Shown here: positions 49,774 through 61,954 of the stretch, piece by piece
Layout: each line of letters starts with the position of its first letter
Numbering within the stretch: the first letter of the stretch is position 1
From: Azolla caroliniana
Taxonomy: Eukaryota > Plantae > Polypodiophyta
Assembly (NCBI GenBank): GCA_043228905.1
Contig: JBHGNT010000002.1
Span: 22,320,001-22,384,000 of the forward strand
DNA: 64,000 nt
Direction of reading: 5' to 3'
The notes under the pieces: model-generated
What the model was told of the DNA's origin: nothing
The model's input: only the letters and a program-made list of their open reading frames with translations
The model's database searches: none
Made by a program: the position numbers and the translations under genes

Positions 49774-50550
49774 TTTGCTTTTCCTGTTCTTTACGAAAGT
49801 TTTCCTTTCAAGCTATGTCGGCCGCAGAGGTTCTCAACCCTCGTGCTCTGATACCATGTAAAAACAAATAGCGTGCAGAAGCAATAGAAAATAGAAAACA
49901 AAAAACAGAGAACAGAGAACAGAGAATAGGTTTAATGGAGAGCTTAACAATACGCGGGAGAGACAGAGAGAGAACAAGAATCTCTATTCAAAAATTATAT
50001 CAACACTCTGTACATCGTATGTGTTCAGCGAACACTTTTATACAGGTCCATATGGACTGACAAAAGTACGGTGTACTTCAATGCTCACTCGACCGCCTGA
50101 CACTAACTACGAGAGTAATAACTCCCTAGTAGTCTAGCTGCTACTAGGCTTCCGGTTACTGATGGATCCGGCTAACCGGCTCCCCAGCTCACCGGGTGCT
50201 CACTGGCTTAGGCTTATCCAGCCGATCCGGCTCCAATTGAGCTTGCCGCTCAACATTAAGGCTGGTATATAACATTATGTTTTTATTAAACAATGAGCCC
50301 ATGTTTTGAATAACCCTATCTTAATGCTTTATTGAAGAACAAAGTGTGACAAGGTTTTCCACGACTTTTGATGGTGGTGGTGGTGTAAGAGGTGAGGTTG
50401 ATGGCATGGGGCTATCATGTTAGTAAGTCTCATGCGATGAATTGCTTGTTGAGGATGGGGATGATGATAGTCACTAGAGTAGGGTAAATGATGGTAGTGA
50501 GCGGATACAATGGCCAAAAATCCAATAGGCAATACTCTATGTTTCTTTTA

Positions 50551-53500
50551 TGTAAATAATTAGGTAATTAACTAAGGGTTAATTAGTATTTAATTATGTG
50601 AGTAGTTAATCACATATGTGATTGAGCCGTGGAAGATTATGTGATATGTGTGTGTATGTGGGTGAAAGGAAGAGAGAGAGGAAGTTACACTAAAACACTA
50701 AGACAAGATGGGGGATAATTAACACAAGTGTAGCTCAAGGAACTCTTACTTATATTCAAAGACATCAAAAAACAAAGATACCCACAATTAGGTATATATA
50801 CATCTCATGTGCAAGGGTGCACATGTGTGAAGAGAATATAGGTACAAGAATGTAAGTCCTATATTCAATGAACTTGGTAGTGAAGGATCTAGAATGTAGC
50901 TTCACTTAAGTACAAAATCCTATTTAATGCTTTGAAGTCAACACACTAACTAGATTCTATGTATGTAACTACTAAGTTACACATATGACAAAATAACTAA
51001 ACCTAGTTGAGGTTGATATCTCAACATTTTACATATGAGATCAAACCTTATATTAAGAGGAACATTCCAACAGTATTCAAAAGAGATTGTGACCAAAGGA
51101 AAGTAGCACAAGGGCTCCCATGTTTCGGCTACACCATTTTGTTGGGGTGTGTGTTGGCATGAAAACTCTTTCTGTATGCCTTCAACTTGGAGATAGGAGA
51201 TGAATTAATTGAAAATGTACTCCTTTCCTCCATCCGATCGTAGGCATCAAATATGCCGACCCGTTTCTTTCTCCACTTGGCTCTTGAGCTTTTGGAAGTG
51301 GGAGAACACTTCACTCTTCTTCTTCTTCGGGAAGATGTGTAGCAGGAGTAGTCGTCAATGAAGGTGAGGTAGTACCGACATCCTCTAATGGTCGGCGTTT
51401 GAGCTGGTCCCCATACATTCGAGTGGATCACGTTGAGGAGGCCTTTGTTTACATGGCTCTCCTTTGGAAAGGGAAGTCGGTGTTGTTTGCCGAGCAGACA
51501 AACAAACTTCAAAGGCCAGAAGTTCGATGATGACTCCCTTTGATTGTAGTGCTCGAAGCTGTTGGAGGTTGATGTGCCCGATTCTCTTGTGCCACAACTT
51601 GATATTCGTCTCAACTTTGAGACCTTTGGCATACATGGTCGATTTTACCTCTTCTAACTTGAGAATAAACATTCGACCTTCTCTCCTCCCTCTGGCGATG
51701 AGTCGACCATTCTTTTCAAAAACCAACCTTCGTTCTTGACACGAACCTGCATGCCTTGTTCCACGATTTGGCCGACCCAGACCAAATTCTTCATTACTGT
51801 TGGAATGTGCAAGTCATTCTTGATGCAATTGTTGTTGCCTTGCTGAGAGGAACATTGCCGATATGCCGAATGGTGTGTGTGGTGTCATCTCCCGTCTCCA
51901 CGTAGCCAGGTCAATCAAGCGTACGCAAGTCATTGAACCACTGTGCGTGGGACGTCATGTGATTTGAGGCACCCGAAGTGACGAACCATACTTCTTCTTA
52001 TGTAGATGTGCTGGTCGAACCGAATGGTGGCATGGTGTTCGCTTTGTGCCTCATGACGAACGTTCCTCTGTAGTCTTTGAATTCGGAGTTAGTGGCGTAA
52101 TTGGGGACTTCCCGACTTGGGGAAGCCGACTCTTTTCACTTCTTTCTACACTCCTCTTCGCGGTGGCTGATCTTACCATAGTAGTTGCAAGTAACAAGCC
52201 TGATTTTCCGGTCGTGTTCGTCATGAAAAATCCCCCTTCTTCCGAAGGTTCCTCGAGTATTTCCGTTTGCTTGCCGAAGGGTTGAGTTGCTTTCGTGATT
52301 CCATCCGACTCATCCTCCTCTGCCTTGGTTGAAATGACCTCTTCCGCGTCGACCACATCCTCGACCACCTTTCGAGTTCGAGAAGAACATCTGCCCTTCT
52401 GACATCTTGCTCTTTGTTCTAATATGATTCTCTTTGACCAATAACATGGATTGAAGGTCAAAGAATGAAGGGGGGTTCTCCCTCGTTAAGATTTCCGTCC
52501 TTATTGGGTCGAACCATTGTGTGAGACCGCCCGAGCACACTTGCACCATATTGTCCTCTTCGATGTTTATGTTAATGGAGCTAGGTGAATCACATATGTT
52601 CTTGATTTTGCTCGTGTAGTCCGACATGGTCATGTCTTTTTGACGAATGTTGTTCAACTCTTGCCGGAGTTGAAGCTTGCGGGCGGTCGTATTGGCAACG
52701 AAGATTCTTCTCAAATTCAGCCACGCTTCTTTAGGTGTCTTGGGATCAGGAATGCGACAGAGGATGTGATCGTGAACACATGTTGCCAAACAGTACATGA
52801 CCTGACTCGCTCCTTGCTCCCATGTTGGGTAGTTGGCATTTGTGATGTCGGGTTAATTTTCGAGCGCGCCGTCAATGTAACCCCAATACCCTTAGCCAAT
52901 TAGGTATTGGTTCATCTTGTACTCCCAAGATGAAAAATTGCTCCGATCTAGCTTTTCACTAGGGAGCGAGCTACCCATTTATGTGTTCATGTTGATGTAG
53001 TACCTTCCATTTTGACTTTTCTTCCTTCGGTCACATACATGTGCTACATGGTGGCACTATGGTAACAGATAGCCAAATTTGTCGCCGGCATATCGAACAC
53101 ACAATCACAATGAATCGAGTGGGCTTAATGGATATGCTAAACCACACATTCTGATACCATCAAAATAATTAGCTAATTAGCTAAGGGTTAATTAGTATCT
53201 AATTATGTGAGTAGTTAATCACATATGTGATTGAGCCGTGGAAGATTATGTGATATGTGTGTGTATGTGGGTGAAAGGAAGAGAGAGAGAGGAAGTTACA
53301 CTAAAACACTAAGACAAGATGGGGGATAATTAACACAAGTGTAGCTCAAGGAACTCTTACTTATATTCAAAGACATCCAAAAACAAAGATACCCACAATT
53401 AGGTATATATACATCTCATGTGCAAGGGTGCACATGTGTGAAGAGAATATAGGTACAAGAATGTAAGTCCTATATTCAATGAACTTGGTAATGGAGGATC

Positions 53501-53637
53501 TAGAATGTAACTTCACTTAAGTTCAAAATCCTATTTAAGGCTTTGAAGTCAACACACTAACTAGATTCTATGTATGTAACTACTAAGTTACACATGTAAC
53601 AAAATAACTAAACCTAGTTGAGGTTGATATCTCAACA
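50551..53637 (-). mobile_element. Rearranged copia E: solo LTR (50551-51026), 99-bp duplicated flank, truncated gag-PR-IN (51126-53159) and LTR (53160-53637)
   Basis: Two LTR copies of about 477 bp. TTTTA precedes the first and follows both. PBS TGGTATCAGAA beside 53160. Gag MGSSLPSEKLDRSNF, integrase pieces, no RT. Confidence 0.85.
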
Positions 53638-54130
53638 TTTTACATATGAGATCAAACCTTATATTAAGAGGAACATTCCAACAATATTCAAAAGAGATTG
53701 TGACCAAAGGAAAGTATCACAAGGGCTCCCATGTTTTACTTTTCAAGAACCCCACATGCTAAGTGAGTGGTCCATTAAGCAAGTTTATTATAGAAATAAT
53801 GATAATAAGAGACATGACAGTAAAGGAGGAATATCACTAGCCAATAAACCCACCACCTCCTTAGACTAGAAAGTTTAATATTTATTCACCTAATTCACAA
53901 GAGGCGATCAAGATTACATCATATCCAAGTGTCCAAAAAAGAAGAGAAAGGTTCACAAAAAACTTAATTTTAGTCATGCTTATCAATTTGGTATACAACA
54001 TAACAAAACTCAAATAAGGGACCTAGATAATAAATAGACAAATACGCAAATGAGAACATCTTGCAACCATCAACCACTTTGCGGATGGACGTACTTTCAT
54101 TCCTTGCGACATGTTATATTAATTGATGAG

Positions 54131-57100
54131 TGAAAAGAGTAGTGTGCGGAAGCTACACAGACACTACCGCCTCAGCTAGACAACAACAAAGAATGGTAAA
54201 CACAGAGAACAATGGTGAGAGAGAGACAGAGAGAGTACGTGGGAGAGACAGAGAGAGTAGAATAGTAAAACTCAATTTCAAAATTATTTTCTGTTTGTAC
54301 ATACAAGTGTGCTCAGTGAGCACTTTTATACAAGTCCTTAAAGGACTGACAGAAGTATTGACATGCACTTCAATGCTCATAACTAAGCTACTAACACTAA
54401 CTCCCAAAACTATGCCTATCTACTCTAACGGCCTACCAACTCTCATGGATCTGGCTCACCGATCCAATTCTCCGATCTGAACCGAGCTTGGTCGATCGGT
54501 CTTGAGTCGATCCGGCCCATGTTGAGCTTGCTTTTCAACACTCCCCCTCAAGCTTAACTTGAGGTTCCATCTGCTCAACCGGTTCCTTGCCTCGACTTTT
54601 CCTAGCATCTTCATGCCTTGCCCATGCCCCTCGTCCAGTCCAGTCCCACGTTCCACAACCCCTTCGGTCCAACGCCTCTTGACCCATCTAACTCCATGCA
54701 TCTCGACCCTTATGATCGGCTTGTCTGCTCTTAAGGTCCTTCTCAAATCCATTGTTGTTGCAATATCGGCGCTCATCGACCCATCAAAATCTTCGTTTCT
54801 TTGTCGGCTTCAGCTGCCCTCCTGTCTACTTGACCTTCTCTTGATTCGGCTCGTCCAAATCAAACCAATTGACCGAATCAGCTATCTCCGATTTGTCATA
54901 TGTCTTTAGGCCTTTGATCACATCCAACCATTTTCTGGTCTTGGCCTCTTTCTTCCGGTCAGTTATGTCCTTCTTGACTCTACCGCTTTTGTTGCTTGTT
55001 CCGACTCTATCGGATGTATCGACTTCTTCAGTCAATTAAGCATCTTGTTCGGTTTCGGCTTTCTCCTATTGCTCTCCCCCTTTTTCTCTACATGTTCTCC
55101 CCCTCAAGTGCGGCACATCAAGTTGTTGTAACCCAAGCATCTCCAAAAAGTGTTGCAACTTGTCCGATCCGAGCGCCTTGTTGAAGATGTCGACCACCTG
55201 ATGATCGGTTTGAACATACCGGGGTTCGACTTCACCGCTCAAGACCCGCTCGTGCGCAAAGTGATAATGCACTTCTATGTGCTTTGTGCGAGTATGGAAC
55301 ACAAGATTCTTGGTTAGTTGTATGTTGCTGATGTTGTCGCAATAGATTGGGATTGGAGTGGGAACTTCGATTCGTAAATCCTCCAACAGCCGTCGGAGCC
55401 CTATAGCTTCACGGGTTGCGATGGTGGATCCTCTATACTCAACCTTTGTGCTCGATAGGGCCACTGTTGGCTACTTTTTGCTACTCCAAGCTACAACCGT
55501 TGTCGTGCCTTTCGGCGTTAGGTCGTTTGCGTGAGTCGGGTGGGAACCACTGGGGTTTTTTACTAGGAGGAGGCGAGTTTTAAGGCTAATAAGAATATAA
55601 ATAGATTATAAGAAAGAGAGATTGAAACTTGTGAATCCCACGAGTGTAATGTATTTTATTAATCAATAGGTAGATAAGAATATGAATTTAGATTGAAAGA
55701 GAGAGATATAGAAACCTCGTGAATCCCACGAGTATAGTTTATTTCGTGAATCCCACGAATATAATTTATTAATTGGTATTTTTAGAAATATATCCAATTT
55801 CCAAAGTTTTCACACTCTATTACATTGTGCTCCCAATCCTTACATAGTGATGAGAGAGTCTTAGCAATCCATGCTTTTTCTCTAACTATCGACTATATGT
55901 TTTCTCTAACGTGTTTTTTTTCCAAGTGATCATGCTTTTTCTAACCTTGTGTGTTTTTATCAACTATAGTGCTCATGCACGCAAGATGTGCATGTGTAGC
56001 TTTTTTTTTCTATCATGTGTTTTTCTTCTAACTAAAGCTTAGTCCTAGAAAATATGCGTGAATAAAGTTTCTATGTGGGATATCTACTTCTTTAACAGTC
56101 ATGATGTGTTAGTGTAGTGGTAAAGCTACAAATTATTAACATGGAGCTACAAGGTTTGAATCTTGCCCTATGCATGTAATATGTATTCTCATATTTTCTT
56201 TGTTTTCTTCATATTTATTAAATCGGGTATTTTATACGTTTTTCACGTAGTGTACGAAATACACTACGACGCCGCGCTCCCAAGTGAGAACAAGAAACTT
56301 GACGTCGATCGGCTATCCAATGCATCTTCGGCCCAATCAACATCCGTATAGCCGACTAACTGCTCGGCTATACCATGTTGGTATAGTAGTTCCCGGTCCT
56401 TCGTGTCGCTCACATATCTCAATAGTCGATGCGCGCACTGAAGATGTTCGACTGTCGGTTGCTGCATGAATTCACTAATCACCCCGACCGGATAGCTAAG
56501 GTCGGGTTGGGTGATAGTTAAATATATAAGGCTTCCAACGATTTGTTGGAACCGTTTCGCATCGCAAGCATCGAGTCAGGATGTAGCTTCAGGTTCTTGT
56601 CAAGGGGAGTAGAGACAGTTCGACAATCCGTCATACATAACTTGTACAACATATTCAGAACATAGTGTCGTTGACACAACAATATGTCGTCAGGGGTGTG
56701 GATTACTTTGATCCCGAGGAAGTAGTGAAGGTCCCCCAGGTCCTTCATCTCAAATGCATCCGACAACTGGGACTTTAATTGGCCGATTTTAGCAAGGTCG
56801 GGTCCAGTGATGACCAAGTCATCCACGTATAGAAGAATGCAAACTAAACCCTTTGGACTTTTCCGGATGAACAACGAGGAGTTGGATTTGGAGGCCACAA
56901 ACCCCATCTTACGTAACCGGTGCATGATCTTCGAATTCCAAGCACGAGGGGATTGCTTCAGGCCATAAAGTGACATCTTTAGTCAACATACTGCCAACTT
57001 GTTCACCTCCAACTAAAATCCAGGGGATTGGGCCATAAATACCTGTTCTTCAAGGTCACCTTGAAGAAACATGTTTTTGACATCCATCTGGTGGAGATGC

Positions 57101-60100
57101 CACCCCCTTGCCACTGCGACCGCCAGCACCACACGAATCGTCGTCATCTTTGCCACTGATGCGAAGGTCTTGTCGTAATCGATTCTGTGGGTCTGTGCAT
57201 ATCCCTTGGCTGCCAATCGGGCCTTACCGGTTGACCAAACTGCTAACGTTGTATTTCACGTTATACACCCACTTACATCCGATCGGTTTTCAATTCTAGG
57301 GAGGGTCAACCAAGTCCCATGTGTTGTTGGCATCTAGTGCCCACATTTCTTCCTCCATGGCCAAACGTCATTTGGCATCTTGTGATGCCTCAGCATAGCT
57401 CCCCAGCTCGCAGACTTCAATCACCTTCGTCATGTACACATAAAGGTGCACCACGTACTCGTTATATCCATACAATATCATCGGCTTCTTGTGGTGAGTT
57501 GATCGGCGTAACTTCTCATTTGCCAATTTCAGGGTCCTCTTGGCCGCATCAAACCTCAACTCTTGAGGTCCGTCTTTGCTCTGATTGTTGTCAGATTCTC
57601 CCAAATCTGACTCTGCTTTATCTATGATGTACTTCGACATCTTCATCTTCCCTTTTTCTTTGCGCGTGAACCGCCTCCTCGGTTCCTTGCGCGGGGATAA
57701 CACGAACAAGTCTTCACTACTCGTCGACTCTTCATTCAGCTTGTCTTTCCGACTCAGCTCTTCATTCGGACCACTCAATCAAAATGAAGTCAGACTCTCT
57801 TCTAGAGTGTCGAGTTCTTCCTCTTCTTCCCGATCTCAGGCTTACTAACCTCATCCTTAGTAATCGGGAGGTCAGAGTTGTCGGGGATCAGAGTCCAAAG
57901 AGCATACCAGGACGATGACTCGTCGAATACAACGTCTCGGCACACTCGAACATGTTTGGTCCGGGGGTTATAACACTTACACCCCTTCTGTTCATCTGAG
58001 TGGCTGACCGAGATACACTTCTCCGACTTAGCATCCAAATTCTTCCTCTTCTCATCCGGCACATGCACATAGGCAATGCTACCTAATATCCTTAGGTGTC
58101 TCAAGTTCGGCTTTCACCCAAAATACAACTCGTGTGCCGACACCTTCTCTCTTATCTGATTCTGGATGTAGACCATTGTCTAAACCGTTGCGCCCCAATA
58201 AAATTTCGGCATGCTTTTCTCCTCCAGCATTGCCCTTGCTGCTTCGACAACTGACCAGTTCTTCCTTTCGGCTACGCCGTTCTGCTCCGGCGTATATCTA
58301 CAACTAAATTCGCGCCGAATTCCCATTTGTTGTAGACAACAGTTGAACTGGAAGGAAAAGTATTCTTTTCCGCCATTCAACCACACACACTTGATCTTTC
58401 TTTCTATTTCCCTCTCCACTAAGCTTTTGAGGTTTTGGAAACAATCGAAGACTTCACTCTTCTTTTCTATCAAGTAAATCCAAGTGTGCCGGCTATAGTC
58501 GTCGATGAAGGAGATGAAGTATCCAGTCCCGCCTAGGCTCACATTCTGTGACGGTCCCCATACATCCGAATGTATTAAGTCGAGCTTGTTCCGGCTCCGA
58601 TTTCACACGTTGGGGAATGGAAGTTGGTGTTGCTTCCCTAGCTGACAGTCTTCACAAATTTGGCACTTCCAGCCATTGAATTTCGGCAAACCAAACATAA
58701 CCTGTTTAGTTTTCAATTCTTGAAGCCTTTTAGTAGTTGACGTGACCGATCCGCTTGTGCCACAAGTCGATATCTGAATCGACGTTTTGCCCTCTAACGA
58801 ACAATGCGGTGCCGACGTCATTTGTATTGAGCATGAACATCCTCCCTTCCCGCCGCCCTTGTGCGATGATCTGATCCTTTTCTTTGATGAAGCACCCAAG
58901 ATGGGTGAACCGGACTTGTATCCCTTGGTCGACGTTCTGTCCGACCGACCCTAGGTTCTTTGTAACTATCGGGACATGTAATACGTTCATAAGTCTCCCC
59001 TTTTGTCTGACATGACTTAGGAGGACGTTGCCGACATGTTCGATCGAATGCGAGGTGTTGTCTCTAGTTTCGACGACTCCCAGTTGTTCCTGTTTCTCCA
59101 AGTATGAGAACCATTATTCATGGCTCGTCATGTGATTTGATGCTCCGGAGTCGAATACCACACCTCATTTGGTTTTGTGATGTTTTTCATCGAATTTGTA
59201 TTGTGCTTCATCACAAAGGTTGGGCCCTTTCCGTTACCGGATCCTTCCGATCCTTCGGCGTAGTGCAACCATTGCCAACTTTCTTGTTCGGCCTTGCCAA
59301 ATCCAGATTTGTCTGAATCGGCCTTTTTCTTCTAGCACTCGCTCTCACAATGACCCTTTTGGCCACAATACCTAGATTTCGTGTCGGCCTTTGCTTGTTG
59401 ATTTCCGGCGCCACCTTGACTCCCCTTGGTCGTGGAGGGTCTAAAATTGTTGTCAGTTTGTCGATTATGTCTTTGAGTCTACTCTTATTAGCAACCACCA
59501 TTGTTTGCCAAACCACCACGTCCTCCACGTCCACGGGGCCGATTTGCCTCCGTATACAACATACGGTTGTCGGATTGCGTGCTTCTTGACACACTCGCGT
59601 GGTTTCTTTTCAACTAGAAGCATCGACTGCAAGTCGAAGAATGACGGTGGAATCTCTCGTGTGCAAATAGCCGTCCGGATCAGCCTGAATCTTTGCACTA
59701 GACCACCAAGAAAGATCAACACCTTTCCTCCTCATTCACCATCACGTTGATGAACCTTAATGTGTTGAAGATCTCTTTGATCTTTGTGGTATAGTCAATC
59801 ACTGACATATCCTTTTGCCAGATATTGTTGAGCTCTTGCCGAAGCTACAACTTCCGAGTTGTGGTACTCGAGACGAAAATCTTTTTTAGATTTTCCGAAG
59901 CCTCCTCTAGCATCTTTGCATCCCAAATGTAGCCCAATATTTGGTTGTGCACACAGGACAGAAGACAGTACATGACTCTGCTTGCCGCCTGCTCCCACAC
60001 CGGGGAGTCCTTGTGTGCTGGTTCAAGTGCTACTTCGTTCACTCCTACGTAACTCCAGTATCTGTGTCCAAGAAGATACTGGTGCATTTTGTAGGACCAA

Positions 60101-60682
60101 GAATCTGCGTAGTTGCTCCGATCGAGTTTTTCGGTTGGACGTGAGCTTGCCATGCGTCTATCCATTTTCTTCTTCTTGTTTGTTCTTAGTCGGGCGTTAG
60201 GGTTTGCCTATGTTAAGCTCTAATACCATGAAAAAAGTAGTGTGCAGAAGCTACACAAATAGTACCGGCTCAGCGGGACAACAACAGAGAACGGTAAACA
60301 CAGAGAACAATGGTGTGTGTGTGTGAGAGAGAGTACGCGGGAGAGACAGAGAGAGCAGAACAATAAAACTCAATTTCAACATAATACTCTATCTGTACAT
60401 ACAAGTGTGCTCCGTGAGCCCTTTTATATAAGTCCTTAAAGGACTGACAAAAGTATTGGCATGTACTTCAATGCTCATAACTGAGCTACTGAAACTAACT
60501 CCCAAACCTATGCCTATCTACTAGGCTAGGATTGTAGGCCTCTAATGGCCTACCGGCTTTCGTGGATCCAGATCACCAATCCGGCTCTTCGATCCGAACC
60601 GGGCCTGGCTGATTGGTCTTCACCCGATTCGACTCTCGGCTTATTCAGCCGATCCGGCCCATGTTGAGCTTGCTTCTCAACA
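54131..60682 (-). mobile_element. Ty1/copia LTR retrotransposon F (related to A, more degenerate)
   Basis: LTRs 54131-54540 and 60229-60682, perfect TSD ATGAG (54126-54130, 60683-60687). PBS TGGTATTAGAGC at 60228-60217, PPT GAGGGGGAG at 54549-54541. Fragmented gag-pol ORFs with YVDD. Confidence 0.92.
55501..56271. mobile_element. Solo LTR (771 bp) of the gypsy-B-related group, inserted in the copia F RNase H region
   Basis: TGTCGTG...CTACGACG termini and 4-bp TSD CCGT/CCGC. Removing it restores FSLGSAVVAW. Shares the 16-mer TCTATGTGGGATATCT and an A/B-box cassette with the B LTR. Confidence 0.8.
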
Positions 60683-60880
60683 ATGAGGTGAGCCTTTCAC
60701 ATTAGAAAATGCTAGAACATGTGAGCAAAAAGTAAGTGAAGCTTGCAAAGCAAAGATTGTACTGTAAATGACACATGGGGCTTGGTCGAATTGGAGGTGT
60801 TGTCATCTATAGTTAAAGTGAAGACCTTCCGAACTTTGTTTTCTCTCACTATAGCTCCTAACTTAAAACTCAAGTAAAAA

Positions 60881-61954
60881 TAACAGTCGGCAATGGTTCG
60901 ATTTAAATTGAACCAAACCACGAAAATGCAGCTTAACGGTTTAAACGATTCAGTTCGGTTTATGGCCAAGTTTTTTTAACGGTTCAATTTCGGTTCAGTT
61001 CCGTTTCTACGATTAGAAACCGCAGCTAAAATGGTTTAATGTTTTTTTACATTTTTTCTTTTAAAAATTTAAACTTTTTAAAACAATCTTTTCATTTGTA
61101 AGCCTAGTTCTCACATTTTAGGAAAATCTTTAAATTTAAAACAATGAAAAAAAATTAAAATTAAAATATCATATTTGAATTTTGACCTAAGTTGAAAACC
61201 GAAACTGAAACATGAAACCGCGGTTTTAATGGTTTAGTGGTTTGGATTTTTTTTAACGATTCGGTTTTAATGGTTTCGGCTCAAACAGTTTCATGGTTCA
61301 ATTTGGTTGGTTCAAGTTTCAAAATTTTTAAATCGTTCAGTTTGTTGACAATCGATAGGCCACAACCAGTTTCATGTTTGTATGCGGGTGCGAAGAAACG
61401 AGCAAAATAGATACACAAACAAAAAATGAGGGGCAGAAAACGAGAAAAACAGAAAGAACAGAGACAAATATTTTATGTGGAAACCTGAACTGGGAAAAAC
61501 CATGGGGGTTCACAAACTCCAAGAAACAGATCACTATGATAGAGGAGAAGTACAAATAAGAAACTCAAAGGCAACGACCTCGAGTTCTCCTTCGTCTGAC
61601 AGACGGCTACAGAGTTACACTCTCACTCACTCTCTCTCAGTCACAGTTATAGAGGCAACGACTTCTCTAAGTATACAACAATAATGATCAACTACACCAA
61701 CTTAAAGTTTGCCCTGTATGTTTCTATACTACAACAACTTTCTAGCTATTTACAAGTATAGCCCACAAGGGGCATATTTGGACTATCTACAAATATAGTC
61801 TCTCGATTTCGGAAATAGATTTTACTACTTGGTCTATTGGCCTCGGCCAAGCTGAGCTTGCTCATCGATTTCAGCTCATCCCATCCGGAGGGACCTAGTT
61901 TTCCCAACACAGTTTTGACACTCTCAAACCGAACCGAACTGTTGCCGATTGTTA
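60881..61954. mobile_element. hAT-type MITE (AACCG-rich family, as 6126-6426) containing a solo LTR
   Basis: TIRs TAACAGTCGGCAA / TTGCCGATTGTTA. 8-bp TSD AGTAAAAA / AGTACAAA. Confidence 0.85.
61343..61909. mobile_element. Solo LTR (567 bp) related to the copia C LTRs
   Basis: TGTTG...CCCAACA termini and perfect TSD CAGTT (61338-61342, 61910-61914). Shares GGCCACAACC, GTGGAAA..GGGAAAAACCA and CCATCCGGAGGGACCT with the C LTRs. Confidence 0.88.

Larger units (their letters stand above)
21845..50255 (-). mobile_element. Ty1/copia LTR retrotransposon A (degenerate ORF), host of nested gypsy B and copia C
   Basis: 5' LTR 49857-50255. 3' LTR split into 21845-22045 and 38425-38648. Termini TG..CA, perfect TSD TTAAG (21840-21844, 50256-50260). 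tRNA-iMet PBS TGGTATCAGAGC at 49856-49845, PPT GAGGAGGAG at 38657-38649. Confidence 0.93.

Noticed and set aside
30716-49851. Numerous 60-190 aa ORFs antisense to or overlapping retroelement genes
   Set aside because: Shadow ORFs of GC-richer TE coding sequence and LTRs, with no independent motifs.
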